Source of the DNA: Anaeromyxobacteraceae bacterium
GTDB taxonomy: Bacteria; Myxococcota; Myxococcia; Myxococcales; Anaeromyxobacteraceae
Length of the DNA: 64,000 nt
Assembly: GCA_047602405.1 (NCBI GenBank)
Contig: JASGHJ010000002.1
Location: forward strand, 1,088,001 to 1,152,000
Direction: 5' to 3'
Position 1 is the first letter of the stretch; each line of letters begins with the position of its first letter. Positions 8,811-19,776 of the stretch are shown piece by piece. A program made the position numbers and the translations under genes. The notes under the pieces were generated by a model. The model saw nothing but the letters and a program-made list of their open reading frames with translations, ran no database searches and was not told the origin of the DNA.

Positions 8811-8845
8811 GACCTGCCCCGTGGCGTGTGGTATGAGCCCGCGAG

Positions 8846-9982
8846 TTGACCGAGGAGATCCTCATCGTCGCCGGCGAGGCGAGCGCCGATCTCCACGCGG
8901 CGCGCGCGCTCGCCGAGCTTCGTGCGCTCCGGCCCGGGGTCCGGGCCTTCGGCGTGGGCGGACCGCGCCTCAGGGCCTCGGCGGACTTCGAGGCGATCGC
9001 GCCCGCCGAGGACATCTCGGTCATGGGGCTCGCGGAGGTCCTCCCGCGCATCCCGCGGATCCTGTCCATCCTGAACCAGCTCGCGCGCGCGGCCGACGCG
9101 CGCCGCCCGCGGGCCGCGCTCCTCGTCGACCTGCCCGACTTCAACCTGCGCCTCGCGCGGAAGCTCAAGGCGCTCGGGATCCCGGTCGTCTACTACGTCT
9201 CCCCGCAGGTCTGGGCCTGGCGGCAGGGCAGGGCGAAGAAGATCGCCCGGCTGGTCGACCGGATGCTCTGCATCCTCCCGTTCGAGCCCCGCTACTACGA
9301 GGGCACCGGCCTCTCCGCCCGGTTCGTAGGTCACCCCTTCGCCGAGAGGCCCGACCCGGGCCCGAAGGAGGGCTACCGCGCCGCGCTCGGCCTCGCGGCC
9401 GCCCGCACCACCATCGCGCTCGTCCCGGGGAGCCGCCCGAGCGAGCTGCGCCGCATCTTCCCGCCCATGCTGGAGGCTGCCGAGCGCATCCGGGCGGCGC
9501 ACCCCGACGCGCAGTTCGTCGTGCCGGTCGCGCCGACGCTGCCGCGCGAGGCGCTCGCGCCGTACCTCGCCGGCCACCCCGGCGTCGAGGTCACGCTCGT
9601 CGACGGCCGCACCGACGAGGCGGTCGGCGCGAGCGACGCCGCCATCGTGAAGAGCGGCACCGCCACGCTCGAGTCCGCGCTCATGCTGCGGCCGATGATC
9701 GTGGTCTACCGCCTGGCCTGGCTCACCTATTTCGTGGGCCGGCTCCTCGTGAGGATTGCCCATTTCTCGCTGGTGAACATCCTGGCGGGCAGGACCGTGG
9801 TCCCCGAGCTGCTCCAGCGCGACGCGAGCCCCGAGCGGATGGCCGCCGAGATCGAGCGGCTGCTCGCCGACCGGGGCGTGCGCGAGACGCAGCTCGCCGG
9901 GCTCCGGGAGGTCCGGGCGTCCCTCGGGGAGCCCGGCGCGCCGCGGCGGGTCGCGGAGACGATCGCCGAGGTGATGCCGTGA
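8846..9982 (+). CDS. lpxB: Lipid-A-disaccharide synthase
   Basis: IVAGEASAD, DLPDFNL, YYVSPQVWAWR, FVGHP, PGSRPSE, KSGTATLE; TTG start. Confidence 0.95.
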   Translation: MTEEILIVAGEASADLHAARALAELRALRPGVRAFGVGGPRLRASADFEAIAPAEDISVMGLAEVLPRIPRILSILNQLARAADARRPRAALLVDLPDFNLRLARKLKALGIPVVYYVSPQVWAWRQGRAKKIARLVDRMLCILPFEPRYYEGTGLSARFVGHPFAERPDPGPKEGYRAALGLAAARTTIALVPGSRPSELRRIFPPMLEAAERIRAAHPDAQFVVPVAPTLPREALAPYLAGHPGVEVTLVDGRTDEAVGASDAAIVKSGTATLESALMLRPMIVVYRLAWLTYFVGRLLVRIAHFSLVNILAGRTVVPELLQRDASPERMAAEIERLLADRGVRETQLAGLREVRASLGEPGAPRRVAETIAEVMP

Positions 9983-10729
9983 AGCCCGCGCTCCTGTGCC
10001 TGCCGACCTACGACGAGCGGGAGAACCTCGAGGCCCATCGTCACGGCGATCCTCGCGGCCACCCCGGACGTCGAGATCCTGGTCATCGACGACAACTCCC
10101 CCGACGGCACCGGCCGGCTCGCCGACGCCCTCGCGGCACGGGAGCCGCGGGTGCACGTGCTGCACCGGGCCGGGAAGGAGGGGCTCGGGAAGGCGTACCT
10201 CGCCGGGTTCGCCTGGGCCCTCGCGCGCGGGTACCGGTTCGTGCTCGAGATGGACGCCGACTTCTCGCACGACCCGAAGTACCTCCCGGGCATGCTGGCC
10301 CGCGCCGCGGACGACGCGGACCTGGTGCTGGGCTCCCGCTACGTGCCCGGCGGCGGGACCGTGAACTGGGGCCTCGGGCGGAAGATCATCTCGCGCGGGG
10401 GCAGCCTCTACGCGCGCCTCATCCTGGGCGTGAAGGTCCGGGATCTCACCGGCGGCTTCAAGTGCTTCCGGCGGGAGGTGCTCGAGGCCATCAATCTGGC
10501 CAGCGTGGAGTGCTCCGGGTACTCGTTCCAGATCGAGCTCACCTACCGGGCCATCCGCTGCGGGTTCCGGGTCGCCGAGCTCCCCATCGTGTTCGCCGAC
10601 CGCCGGGTGGGGCAGTCGAAGATGCACCGCCGCATCGTCCTCGAGGCCATCCGGAAGGTCTGGGCGATGCGGGCGTCCCGCTTCGTGCGCTCGCTGCCGA
10701 AGCTTCCCGCGCGGTCCGCGCCGGGGTAG
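9979..10729 (+). CDS. Polyprenol monophosphomannose synthase-like GT2, with a +1 frameshift near 10033
   Basis: PTYDERENL in one frame, then DDNSPDGTG, EMDADFSHDP and DLTGGFKC in the next; length 751 = 3n+1. Confidence 0.85.
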
Positions 10730-10741
10730 AACCGGCGCTGG

Positions 10742-11398
10742 ATGTGGCGGGAGCTCCTCAGCCTGAGCCTGGTCTCCCTCTCGGCGATCTTCTTCGTGGT
10801 CGATCCGGTCGCGGCGGTGCCGTTCTTCCTCGCCATGACCCGGGACGCGACCCCGGCGAAGCGCCGCGAGACGGCCCTGCGCGCCTGCGTGACCGCCGGC
10901 CTCATCCTGGCGGGGTTCGCGCTCGCCGGGGAGCTCATCTTCCAGCTGCTCGGCATCAGCCTCGGCGCCTTCAAGATCGCGGGCGGGGTGGTGCTCCTGC
11001 TCCTCGCCCTCGACATGATCCGGACCCAGCCCTCCCGGACCCGCATCACCGAGGGGGAGGTGGCCGCCGGCGCCGACAAGGAGGACGTGGCCATCGTGCC
11101 GCTCGCGATGCCCCTCCTCGCGGGCCCCGGCTCCATCGCCACCGTGATCGTCCTCATGACCCGGGCGCGCTCGGGTCCCTGGTGGTACGCGCTGCCGGTG
11201 CTGGGCGCCGTGTTCGTGACCGCGGCGGCCGCCTACGTCATCCTGGCGGGGGCCTCCACCACCGAGAAGGTGCTCGGCCGGAGCGGCCTCGCCATCCTCG
11301 AGCGCGCCGCCGGCCTCCTCCTCGTGGCCGTCGCCATCCAGTTCATGCTGGACGGCCTCGGGGAGACGCTCCCCTCCCTGCTCTCCCTCTCCCGCTAG
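10742..11398 (+). CDS. MarC family membrane protein
   Basis: FFVVDP, FKIAGG, VPLAMPLLAGPGSI. Confidence 0.9.
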   Translation: MWRELLSLSLVSLSAIFFVVDPVAAVPFFLAMTRDATPAKRRETALRACVTAGLILAGFALAGELIFQLLGISLGAFKIAGGVVLLLLALDMIRTQPSRTRITEGEVAAGADKEDVAIVPLAMPLLAGPGSIATVIVLMTRARSGPWWYALPVLGAVFVTAAAAYVILAGASTTEKVLGRSGLAILERAAGLLLVAVAIQFMLDGLGETLPSLLSLSR

Positions 11399-11539
11399 CG
11401 ACCCCGGGGACCGCCGGAGCGGCGGACGGCCGCAAGGTGACTTTCGCGTGGCGCGCGGGGGGGCATCGGGTGCATCCTCTCGCCACGAGAAGTTCTCTGA
11501 ACGACAAAGGGTTCCTGACGGACCAAGGAGAGACGACCC

Positions 11540-13612
11540 ATGGGCTCCAAGGTGACTCGTACCCTCTCGATGCTCGGCGCGGACGGCGCAGGAAAGACCG
11601 CCCTCGTCGAGTCGCTCCTGCGCATCGCCGACGCCAAGAAGGCCGCGGCCGACGGCTCGACCTCGCGCCTCGACGCGGAGCCTGAGGAGAAGAAGCGCAA
11701 CTTCACCCTCAGCCTCCACCCCGAGAGCTTCGAGGAGAGCGGCCGCGGCTTCCACGTCCTCGACTGCCCCGGCTTCGCGGCGTTCCTGACCGAGGTCGAG
11801 TGGGCGCTCCAGGTGACCGACGGCGCCTTCCTCGCCGTCTCCGCCGCCGACGGCGCGCACAACCGCACCGAGCGCACCTACGACGTGCTGGCCGAGTCCG
11901 GCCGCCCCGCCATCGCGGTCGTCAACCGGCTCGACCACGAGCAGGCCGACTGGCAGAAGGCCGTCGCCGACGTGGAGTCTTCGCTCAAGGTGAAGCCGGT
12001 GCTGCTCCAGCTGCCGCTCGGCCCGAACGGCAAGCCCACCGGGATCGTCGACCTCGTGTCGATGAAGGCGCACCTCCCGGACGCGAAGGCCTACGGCAGG
12101 TTCGCCGAGGCCGAGGTCCCGGCCGACGTGAAGGCCGAGGCCGACCGGCTGCGCACCGCGCTCGTCGAGGCGGCCGCCGAGGCCGACGACGAGCTCCTCG
12201 GGAAGTACCTCGAGGGCACGCCGCTCACCGCGGAGGAGATCGACCGCGGCCTCGCCGCCGGCGCCGCCGGCCAGAAGTTCCTGCCCGTCGCCTTCGCCTG
12301 CGTGAAGAGCGGCGTCGGCGTCCGGGAGCTGCTCGACCTCGCGGTGCGGGTCTTCCCCGGGCCCGAGGCGCGGCAGGTCAAGGGCGCCGACCTCCACGGC
12401 AAGGAGGTCGTCCGCCCGGGCACCGCCGACCAGCCCTTCGTCGGCCAGGTCTTCAAGACCTCCATCGATCACTTCGCCGGGCGCATCGACTACGTGCGCA
12501 TCCTGAGCGGGACGCTCAAGCCCGAGGCGATCCTGATGAACCCGCGCACGCGGTCGGAGGAGCGCATCTCGCACTTCCACCGGACCGACGGCGCGCAGAA
12601 CGCCGAGATCAAGGAGGCCGGGCCGGGCGAGTTCGTGGTGCTCCTGAAGCTCAAGGACGCGCACACCGGCGACACGCTCTGCGACGCCTCGAGCCCGCTC
12701 GTGCTCCCGGCGTTCGCGCAGCACACCCGTCCGGTGTCGTACGCCGTGCACGCGAAGGCCGGCGACGACAAGGCCGCCGCGGCGCTCCACAAGCTCATCG
12801 AGGAGGATCCCTCCCTCGAGCTCGCCCGCTCGCCGGAGACCGGCGAGATGCTGCTCCAGGGCATGGGCCAGGCCCACATCGACGTGACCGTCGAGCGCGT
12901 GAAGCGCAAGCACGGCGTCGAGATCACGCTCGCCCCGCCGACCCCGGCCTACCTCGAGACCATCACCGCGCCCGCGAAGGCGCAGGGCAAGTTCAAGCGC
13001 CAGACCGGCGGCCACGGCCAGTACGGCGACTGCACCGTCGAGCTCTACCCGAAGGCGCGCGGCGAGGGCTTCGAGTTCGAGGACGCCATCGTCGGCGGCG
13101 TGATCCCGCGCCAATTCATCCCGTCGGTGGAGAAGGGCATCCGCGGCTCCATCGGCTCCGGCCCGCTCGCCGGCTACCCGGTCGTCGACTTCAAGGCGAA
13201 GCTCGTCTTCGGCAGCTACCACGACGTCGACAGCTCCGACATGGCGTTCCAGGTCGCGGGCTCGATGGGCTTCAAGAAGGCCGTGCTCGAGGCGCGGCCC
13301 ATCCTGCTCGAGCCGGTGATGAAGCTCGAGGTGCGCGTGCCGGAGGAGTACGTCGGCGCGGTGATGGGCGACCTCAACAGCCGCCGCGCCAAGGTCCAGG
13401 GCATGGAGCCGCTCGCCCGCGGCGTCCTCGTGAAGGCGGTCTGCCCGCACGCGGAGGCCATGACCTACGACGCCGACCTCCGCTCGCTCACCCAGGGCGC
13501 CGGCTACTTCACCATGGAGCCGTCGCACTACGACCCCGTCCCCCCGCACCTCGCGCAGAAGATCATCGAGAAGCGCCGCGCGGAGGGGAAGGTGAAGGGC
13601 ATCGAGGAGTAG
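11540..13612 (+). CDS. Elongation factor G paralogue (EF-G2-like)
   Basis: GADGAGKT, EKKRNFTL, DCPGF, GMGQAH, QTGGHGQYG, GSYHDVDSS, LLEPVM; outside an str operon. Confidence 0.9.
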   Translation: MGSKVTRTLSMLGADGAGKTALVESLLRIADAKKAAADGSTSRLDAEPEEKKRNFTLSLHPESFEESGRGFHVLDCPGFAAFLTEVEWALQVTDGAFLAVSAADGAHNRTERTYDVLAESGRPAIAVVNRLDHEQADWQKAVADVESSLKVKPVLLQLPLGPNGKPTGIVDLVSMKAHLPDAKAYGRFAEAEVPADVKAEADRLRTALVEAAAEADDELLGKYLEGTPLTAEEIDRGLAAGAAGQKFLPVAFACVKSGVGVRELLDLAVRVFPGPEARQVKGADLHGKEVVRPGTADQPFVGQVFKTSIDHFAGRIDYVRILSGTLKPEAILMNPRTRSEERISHFHRTDGAQNAEIKEAGPGEFVVLLKLKDAHTGDTLCDASSPLVLPAFAQHTRPVSYAVHAKAGDDKAAAALHKLIEEDPSLELARSPETGEMLLQGMGQAHIDVTVERVKRKHGVEITLAPPTPAYLETITAPAKAQGKFKRQTGGHGQYGDCTVELYPKARGEGFEFEDAIVGGVIPRQFIPSVEKGIRGSIGSGPLAGYPVVDFKAKLVFGSYHDVDSSDMAFQVAGSMGFKKAVLEARPILLEPVMKLEVRVPEEYVGAVMGDLNSRRAKVQGMEPLARGVLVKAVCPHAEAMTYDADLRSLTQGAGYFTMEPSHYDPVPPHLAQKIIEKRRAEGKVKGIEE

Positions 13613-13664
13613 GCGCGCTGCACATCGGGCATCCGGGGGTCCTTTCGGCTAGGATGTCCCGGCC

Positions 13665-15497
13665 TTGAGGACCTACCTCCGCCTCCTGCGGTTCGCGCTG
13701 CCGTACCGCTGGCGCATGCTGGCGGCGGTCGCCTGCATGGCCGTCCTCTCCGGGACGACCGCCCTCTACACCTGGCTCATCGGCCCGGTGCTCCAGTTCC
13801 TCTTCACCGGCGACACCCGCGCGGCGTCCAGCCTCGGGAAGCTCGCGCCGGCGTCGGTGAACCTCGGCGAGCGGATCGCGGCGCTCGACCGGGCGGAGCT
13901 CCTCGCCTGGCTGCCGGCGGTGATCGTGGGCGTGGCGATCCTCAAGGGGTTCGCCTACTTCGGGCAGTTCTTCATCGTCGGCATGGTCGGCCAGCGGGTC
14001 ATGGCCGACATCCGCCGGACGCTCTTCGACCACCTCCTCACGCTCTCGCCGGGCTTCTACACGCGCCGCCACTCCGGCGACCTCATCACGCGCTTCAACA
14101 CCGACGTCGGCGCGGTCGACCTCGCGCTGACGAGCGCCATCCCCACCTACCTGCGCGACGGCATCTCGGTCGTGGTGCTGCTCGCCTCCTGCTTCCTCCT
14201 CGACTGGCGCATGTCGCTCGTGGCGTTCGGCGCGATCCCGGTGACGCTCGTCCCGGTGCTCCGGCTCACGAAGCGGCTGCGCCGCGTGACCGGGAAGGCC
14301 CAGGCGACCTACGGCGACCAGGGCGAGGTCCTCACCGAGGCCATCGGCGGCATGCGGGTGGTGCAGGCGTACGGGATGGAGCGGTGGGAGTCGGCGCGGT
14401 TCGCCCGCGCGAACGACCAGCTCGTCCGCTTCATGCGCAAGAGCCTCCTCATCCGCTCGTTCTCGTCGCCGCTCATGGAGGTCATGGGCGCCGCCGGGCT
14501 CGCCGCGGCGATCTGGTGGGTGGGCGGCAAGATCCTCGAGGGGCAGCTCGAGCCGGGGAAGCTCCTCTCCTTCGTGGGCGCGGTGCTGTTCCTCTACCAG
14601 CCGGTGAAGTCGCTCGGCCGGGTCGGCCAGGTCGTCATCCAGGGCGCCGCCGCCGGCGACCGCATCTTCGAGATCCTCGACACGCCCACCCCGGTGCCCG
14701 ACGCGGGCACCCGCGAGCTGCCGCGCTTCCAGGAGGCGGTCCGGTACGAGCGGGTGAGCTTCAGCTACGGCGAGCGGCCGGTGCTCTCCGAGTTCTCGCT
14801 CGAGGTCCGGCGCGGCGAGGTCGTGGCGCTCGTGGGCAGCTCGGGCGGCGGGAAGACCACCGTCGCGAACCTCCTGCCGCGGTTCTGGGACCCGGTGGCG
14901 GGCCGCATCACCGTCGACGGCCACGACGTCCGGGACGTGACGCTGCGCAGCCTGCGCGCGCAGCTCGCGATCGTCACCCAGGAGAACGTCCTCTTCAACG
15001 ACACGATCCGGAACAACATCGCCTACGGGCGGCCGGAGATCTCCCAGGCCGACGTCGAGCGCGCCGCGAAGCTCGCCCAGGCGCACGAGTTCATCCTGGC
15101 GCAGCCCGAGGGCTACGGCACCCGCGTCGGCGAGCGGGGCGTGCTGCTCTCCGGCGGCCAGCGCCAGCGCCTCGCGATCGCCCGCGCGTTCCTGAAGGAC
15201 GCGCCCATCCTGATCCTCGACGAGGCGACGAGCGCGCTCGACGCCGAGAGCGAGCGCGAGGTCCAGCGCGCGCTCGACTCGCTCATGGGGCTCGAGGGCG
15301 GCGCCCGCCGCACGACGCTCGTCATCGCCCACCGGCTCTCGACCATCCGCAACGCCGACCGGATCGTGGTCATCTCGGGCGGGCGGGTGGTGGAGACCGG
15401 CACGCACGACGACCTCGTGACGCGCGGGGGCGAGTACGCGCGGCTGCACCGCATCTCGGAGGGCGAGCGGCGCGAGGAGAGCCGCGCCGCCGTCTAG
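13665..15497 (+). CDS. msbA: Lipid A flippase-type ABC transporter
   Basis: TMD+NBD; GSSGGGKT, LSGGQRQR, ILDEATS; LPS context; TTG start. Confidence 0.85.
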   Translation: MRTYLRLLRFALPYRWRMLAAVACMAVLSGTTALYTWLIGPVLQFLFTGDTRAASSLGKLAPASVNLGERIAALDRAELLAWLPAVIVGVAILKGFAYFGQFFIVGMVGQRVMADIRRTLFDHLLTLSPGFYTRRHSGDLITRFNTDVGAVDLALTSAIPTYLRDGISVVVLLASCFLLDWRMSLVAFGAIPVTLVPVLRLTKRLRRVTGKAQATYGDQGEVLTEAIGGMRVVQAYGMERWESARFARANDQLVRFMRKSLLIRSFSSPLMEVMGAAGLAAAIWWVGGKILEGQLEPGKLLSFVGAVLFLYQPVKSLGRVGQVVIQGAAAGDRIFEILDTPTPVPDAGTRELPRFQEAVRYERVSFSYGERPVLSEFSLEVRRGEVVALVGSSGGGKTTVANLLPRFWDPVAGRITVDGHDVRDVTLRSLRAQLAIVTQENVLFNDTIRNNIAYGRPEISQADVERAAKLAQAHEFILAQPEGYGTRVGERGVLLSGGQRQRLAIARAFLKDAPILILDEATSALDAESEREVQRALDSLMGLEGGARRTTLVIAHRLSTIRNADRIVVISGGRVVETGTHDDLVTRGGEYARLHRISEGERREESRAAV

Positions 15498-15518
15498 CCC
15501 GCCGCCCGGAGCCTGGCC

Positions 15519-16802
15519 TTGCACCTCGTCTACGCCATCGCGAGCTACCTCCTCTTCGTCGTCGCGCTCCCGGTGCTGCTCTCCCACCCGAAGCTGCGGA
15601 GCGGGAAGCGCCTGCGCCTCGGGCTCTACCCGTCCGACCTCGCGCGCGGGAAGGGGACGCCGCGGGTCTGGATGCACGGCGCGAGCGCCGGGGATCTCCT
15701 GGCCCTCGAGCCGATGATGCGCGAGCTGAAGCGGCGCGCCCCGGGCGCGTGCCTCATCGTCTCCACCATGACGAACAGCGGCCAGGCCATCGCGCGGAAG
15801 AAGCTCGCCGACGTCGCCGACGTGGTCGTCCCGGTGCCCTACGACCTGCCCGGCGCGACCCGCCGGGCGGTGGCCGCGCTGCGGCCCGACCTCCTCGTCC
15901 TCGAGTACACCGAGATCTGGCCGAACCTCATCCGCGCCGCGCGGAAGTCCGGCGCGCGCATCGCGCTCACGAACGGCCGCTTCAACCCGGAGAAGCTCGG
16001 CCGCTACCGGGCGCTCTTCGGCGCGATCGGGAACCCGCTCCGCCGCATCGACTGCTTCCTGATGCGCTCCGACGAGGAGGCCGAGCGCGCGCTCGCCCTC
16101 GGCGCCGCGCCGGACCGGGTGTGGGTCACAGGCAACACCAAGTTCGACGCGCTCGTCCTCGGCCCCGACGACGGCCGCGAGGCGGCGCTGCGCGCCGAGA
16201 TGGGGCTCGACCCGGCGGCGCCGGTCTTCATGGCGGGCTCGACGCACGAGGGGGAGGAGGAGCACCTCGTCGCGGTCTACCGCCGGCTCCGCGAGCGCCA
16301 CCCCGGGCTGCAGCTCGTCGTCGCGCCGCGCTACGTGGAGCGGGCGGGCAAAATCATGGCGCTCGCCGGCGAGACCGGGCTCTCGGTGCGGCTGCGCAGC
16401 GGCGGCGCCCGGGCCGGCCACGCGGAGGTGGTCGTGCTCGACACGATCGGCGAGCTCTCCATCGCGTACCGGCTCGCGACGCTGGTGTTCGTGGGCGGCA
16501 GCTTCGTGACCCGCGGCGGGCAGAACGTGCTCGAGCCCGCGGCGCAGGGGAAGCCGGTGCTGTTCGGCCCGCACATGGAGAACTTCAAGGACTCGGTGCA
16601 GGTGCTGCAGGGCCGCGGCGGGCTGCAGGTGCAGGACCCCGACCAGCTCTTCCGCGTCGCCGACGAGCTCCTCGGCCGCCCGGACCAGCTCGCGGAGCTC
16701 GGCGGGCTGGCGCGCCGGGCGGTGGGCTCGATCCGCGGGGCCTCGGCGCGCAACGTCGAGCACATGCTGGGCGTGCTCCCGCGGGGCAAGGCCGCCGCAT
16801 GA
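15519..16802 (+). CDS. waaA: Kdo transferase
   Basis: WMHGASAGD, TEIWPN, TGNTKFD, AGSTHEGEE, GGQNVLEPA; TTG start. Confidence 0.9.
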   Translation: MHLVYAIASYLLFVVALPVLLSHPKLRSGKRLRLGLYPSDLARGKGTPRVWMHGASAGDLLALEPMMRELKRRAPGACLIVSTMTNSGQAIARKKLADVADVVVPVPYDLPGATRRAVAALRPDLLVLEYTEIWPNLIRAARKSGARIALTNGRFNPEKLGRYRALFGAIGNPLRRIDCFLMRSDEEAERALALGAAPDRVWVTGNTKFDALVLGPDDGREAALRAEMGLDPAAPVFMAGSTHEGEEEHLVAVYRRLRERHPGLQLVVAPRYVERAGKIMALAGETGLSVRLRSGGARAGHAEVVVLDTIGELSIAYRLATLVFVGGSFVTRGGQNVLEPAAQGKPVLFGPHMENFKDSVQVLQGRGGLQVQDPDQLFRVADELLGRPDQLAELGGLARRAVGSIRGASARNVEHMLGVLPRGKAAA

Positions 16803-17797
16803 GCGACCCCTCGAGCATCCTGGTGGTGCGCTACAGCGCGCTCGGCGACGTCGTCCTCGCCACGAGCGTGCTCGAGCCCCTGCGCCGGCGGTTCCCCGGG
16901 GCGCGGATCGAGTGGGTGACCGACGCGCCCTACGCGCCGCTCCTCGAGGGCCTGCCCGAGCTCGCGGCCGTGCACGTGCTCTCCCGCGAGGGGTGGTCGG
17001 GCACGACCGCGCTCGCCTCGCGCCTGCGCGGCCGCTTCGACGTCACGATCGATCTGCAGAACAAGCTCCGCAGCGCGGTGATCGCCGCGGCGGCCTCGCC
17101 GAGCCGGCTCGTCTTCCGGCGCCGCACCGCGGGGGAGGCCCTGAAGGCCCTCTTCGGCTCCGATCCCCCGCTCGTGCGGGCCCACCAGACCCGCCTCTAC
17201 GCGGCGCCGCTCGCCTCCCTCGGAGTCACCGACCCCGGCCCGCTCAAGGTGAACCTCTCCGCGCACGCGCGCGACCTCGCCGCGGACGCGCTGCGCGGGG
17301 TGGAGGCCCCGGCGGTCGCCATCGCGCCGGGCGCGCGCTGGGCCACGAAGCGCTGGCCCGCCGAGCGCTTCGCCGAGGTCGCGACCGCCCTCGAGCAGGA
17401 CGGCAACGCCATCGTGCTCTGCGGCGGCCCTGGCGATCGCGACGCCTTCGCCGCCTTCCGCGCCGCCTACCGCGGCGAGATCGCGGCCGACCTCTCGCCG
17501 CTCCCCATCGACGCGCTCGCCGCGGCCATCGCGCGGCTCCAGCTCCTCGTGACCTGCGACTCCGGCCCGGTGCACCTCGCGTCCGCGGTGGGCACGCCCG
17601 CGCTCGCGCTCTTCGGGCCGACCTCCGCGGTGCGCTGGGGCCCGGCGCCGCCCGGGCGCGCGCTCTCGCTGGCGCTCGACTGCGCCCCCTGCTCGAACCA
17701 CGGCGGCGAGTTCTGCCCCCAGGGGCACCACCGCTGCCTCGCGGACCTGTCCCCGCAGGCGGTGACCGCCGCGGCCCGGGAGCTGCTCCGCCGATGA
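16799..17797 (+). CDS. LPS heptosyltransferase (GT9)
   Basis: RYSALGDV, PGARWATKRWP, DSGPVHLA, LFGPT. Confidence 0.9.
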   Translation: MSDPSSILVVRYSALGDVVLATSVLEPLRRRFPGARIEWVTDAPYAPLLEGLPELAAVHVLSREGWSGTTALASRLRGRFDVTIDLQNKLRSAVIAAAASPSRLVFRRRTAGEALKALFGSDPPLVRAHQTRLYAAPLASLGVTDPGPLKVNLSAHARDLAADALRGVEAPAVAIAPGARWATKRWPAERFAEVATALEQDGNAIVLCGGPGDRDAFAAFRAAYRGEIAADLSPLPIDALAAAIARLQLLVTCDSGPVHLASAVGTPALALFGPTSAVRWGPAPPGRALSLALDCAPCSNHGGEFCPQGHHRCLADLSPQAVTAAARELLRR

Positions 17798-18903
17798 GGG
17801 CGCTCGAGCGCGCCTGGTGGCGACGCGACGAGGGCGCGCTCGCCCGGGCGCTGCTCGCGCCGCTCGCCGTGCCGGAGGCGGCCTTCCGGGCCGGGACCGC
17901 GCTCCGGGGGCTCGCCTACGATCGCGGCCTCCTCGCCGCCGCGCGCGCCGCGGCGCCGGTCGTCTCGATCGGCAACGTGGCGGTGGGCGGCGCGGGCAAG
18001 ACCCCGGTCGCCATCGAGGTGGCCCGCCGGCTGCTCGCGCGCGGGCGCCGGGTGGCGGTCCTCTCCCGCGGTTACGGCGCGACCCGGACCGACCCCCGCG
18101 TGGCGGCGGGCGGCCCGGGCCCGGCGCTCCCCGCCGCCGAGGCGGGCGACGAGCCCGCGCTCGTGGCCCGCCGGCTGCCCGGCGTCGCGGTGCTGTGCGG
18201 GCCCCGGCGCGCGGCCCTGGCCGAGCTCGCGGTGCGATCGCTCGGCGCCGACGCGCTCGTGCTCGACGACGGCTTCCAGCACCGCGCCCTCGCCCGCGAC
18301 CTCGACGTCGTCGTGCTCGACGCGTCGAACCCTTTCGGCAACGGCCGGCTCCTGCCGCGCGGCCCGAACCGCGAGCCCGTGGCGGCGCTCCGGCGCGCCG
18401 GGCTCCTGTGGCTCTCGAAGGCCGACGCCGCCGACCCCGCGGCCCTCGCGGCCCTGCGCGGGCTCGCCCGGGAGCTCACCGGCCTCGACGCGGTCGAGTC
18501 GCGCCACGCGCCGCGCGAGGTGGTCGACGGGACGCTCTCCCGCTCGCTCGGCCCGGAGGCGCTGCGCGGGCGGCGGGTGCTGCTCCTCTCCGGCATCGCG
18601 CGGCCGGAGGGCTTCCGGCGCACCGCCGAGGCGCTCGGGGCGGTCGTCGCGGCGGAGCGGGCCTACCCGGACCACCACGTCTTCACGGCGGCCGAGCTCG
18701 ACGAGGCGCTCGCCGCGGCGGCCGCCGCGGGCTGCGAGCGCGTGCTCCTGACCGAGAAGGACGCGGTCCGGCTCGACCCCGCGCGCGCCGCCGATCCGCG
18801 CCTCGCGGCGGCGCGGATCGAGGCCGAGGTCCTCGCCGGCGGCGCGGCGCTCGACCTTGCGCTGGACCGGGCGCTCGGTTCGCGCGACAACGGCGGTCGA
18901 TGA
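17794..18903 (+). CDS. lpxK: Tetraacyldisaccharide 4'-kinase
   Basis: SIGNVAVGGAGKTP, SRGYG, GDEP, LDDGFQH, TEKDAV. Confidence 0.95.
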   Translation: MRALERAWWRRDEGALARALLAPLAVPEAAFRAGTALRGLAYDRGLLAAARAAAPVVSIGNVAVGGAGKTPVAIEVARRLLARGRRVAVLSRGYGATRTDPRVAAGGPGPALPAAEAGDEPALVARRLPGVAVLCGPRRAALAELAVRSLGADALVLDDGFQHRALARDLDVVVLDASNPFGNGRLLPRGPNREPVAALRRAGLLWLSKADAADPAALAALRGLARELTGLDAVESRHAPREVVDGTLSRSLGPEALRGRRVLLLSGIARPEGFRRTAEALGAVVAAERAYPDHHVFTAAELDEALAAAAAAGCERVLLTEKDAVRLDPARAADPRLAAARIEAEVLAGGAALDLALDRALGSRDNGGR

Positions 18904-19776
18904 TCCTGGTCGGGAAGCTCCTCGCGCTCCTCCCCCGCGGCCTGCTCGACGCCATCGGCGCGGGGCTGGGGACCCTCGTCTGGCTGCTCGGCATCCGGCG
19001 CGGCGTGGTGCTCTCCAACCTGGCGCTCGCGTTCCCGGAGAGGTCCGGGGCCGAACGGCGCGCCATCGCGAAGGCCACCTACCGGAACCTCGGCCGGATG
19101 GTGTTCGAGTTCATGCGGCTGCCGGGGCTCTCCCGCGAGGAGGTGGAGGGCCTGTTCGAGTACGAGGGCTGGGAGCACGTCGAGCGGGCGCTCGAGGGGA
19201 AGAGGGGGCTCATCGCCTGCACCGCCCACTACGGCAACTTCGACCTGCTCGCCTCGGCCATCTCCCGCCGGGGCATCCCGCTCACCATGATCGCGCGCAG
19301 GATGGGCGCGTCGAAGGCGAACGACATGTGGCGGGCGGTGCGCCACCGCTCGGGCGTCGAGGAGCTCGTCGTGAAGAAGGGCGAGACCCTGCGCGCGGCC
19401 CGCCGCGCGCTCGAGTCCGGCCGCATCCTCGGCTACGTCATCGACCAGAACGAGCGCCGGCGCTCGGCGATCTTCCCGACGTTCTTCGGCGTGCCCGCGG
19501 CGACCGCCCCGACCCCGGCCGTGCTGGCCCGGCGGACGGGTGCGCCGGCCATCTTCACCGTCAGCTACCCGATCGGCGGCGGCCGGCACCGGGTCGTCAT
19601 CGAGCCTGCCGCCCCGCCCGCCACCGGCGACCACGAGGCCGACGTGCTCGCCTTCATGCAGGATTCTCAACGACCGGCTCGAGCGCTGGGTGAGGGCCCA
19701 CCCGGAGCACTGGTACTGGCTCCACCGCCGGTGGAAGACGCGGCCGCCGTTGACGCCCGGCGAGCGCGCGCGGTAG
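18900..19776 (+). CDS. lpxL: Lipid A secondary acyltransferase (LpxL/HtrB family), with a +1 frameshift near 19664
   Basis: AHYGNFD and IDQN; C-terminal PEHWYWLHRRWKTRP lies in the shifted frame; length 877 = 3n+1. Confidence 0.85.

Noticed and set aside
9979..10729. Frameshifted genes as true pseudogenes or programmed frameshifts
   Set aside because: No other decay and no slippery heptamers; single +1 events are better explained as sequencing errors
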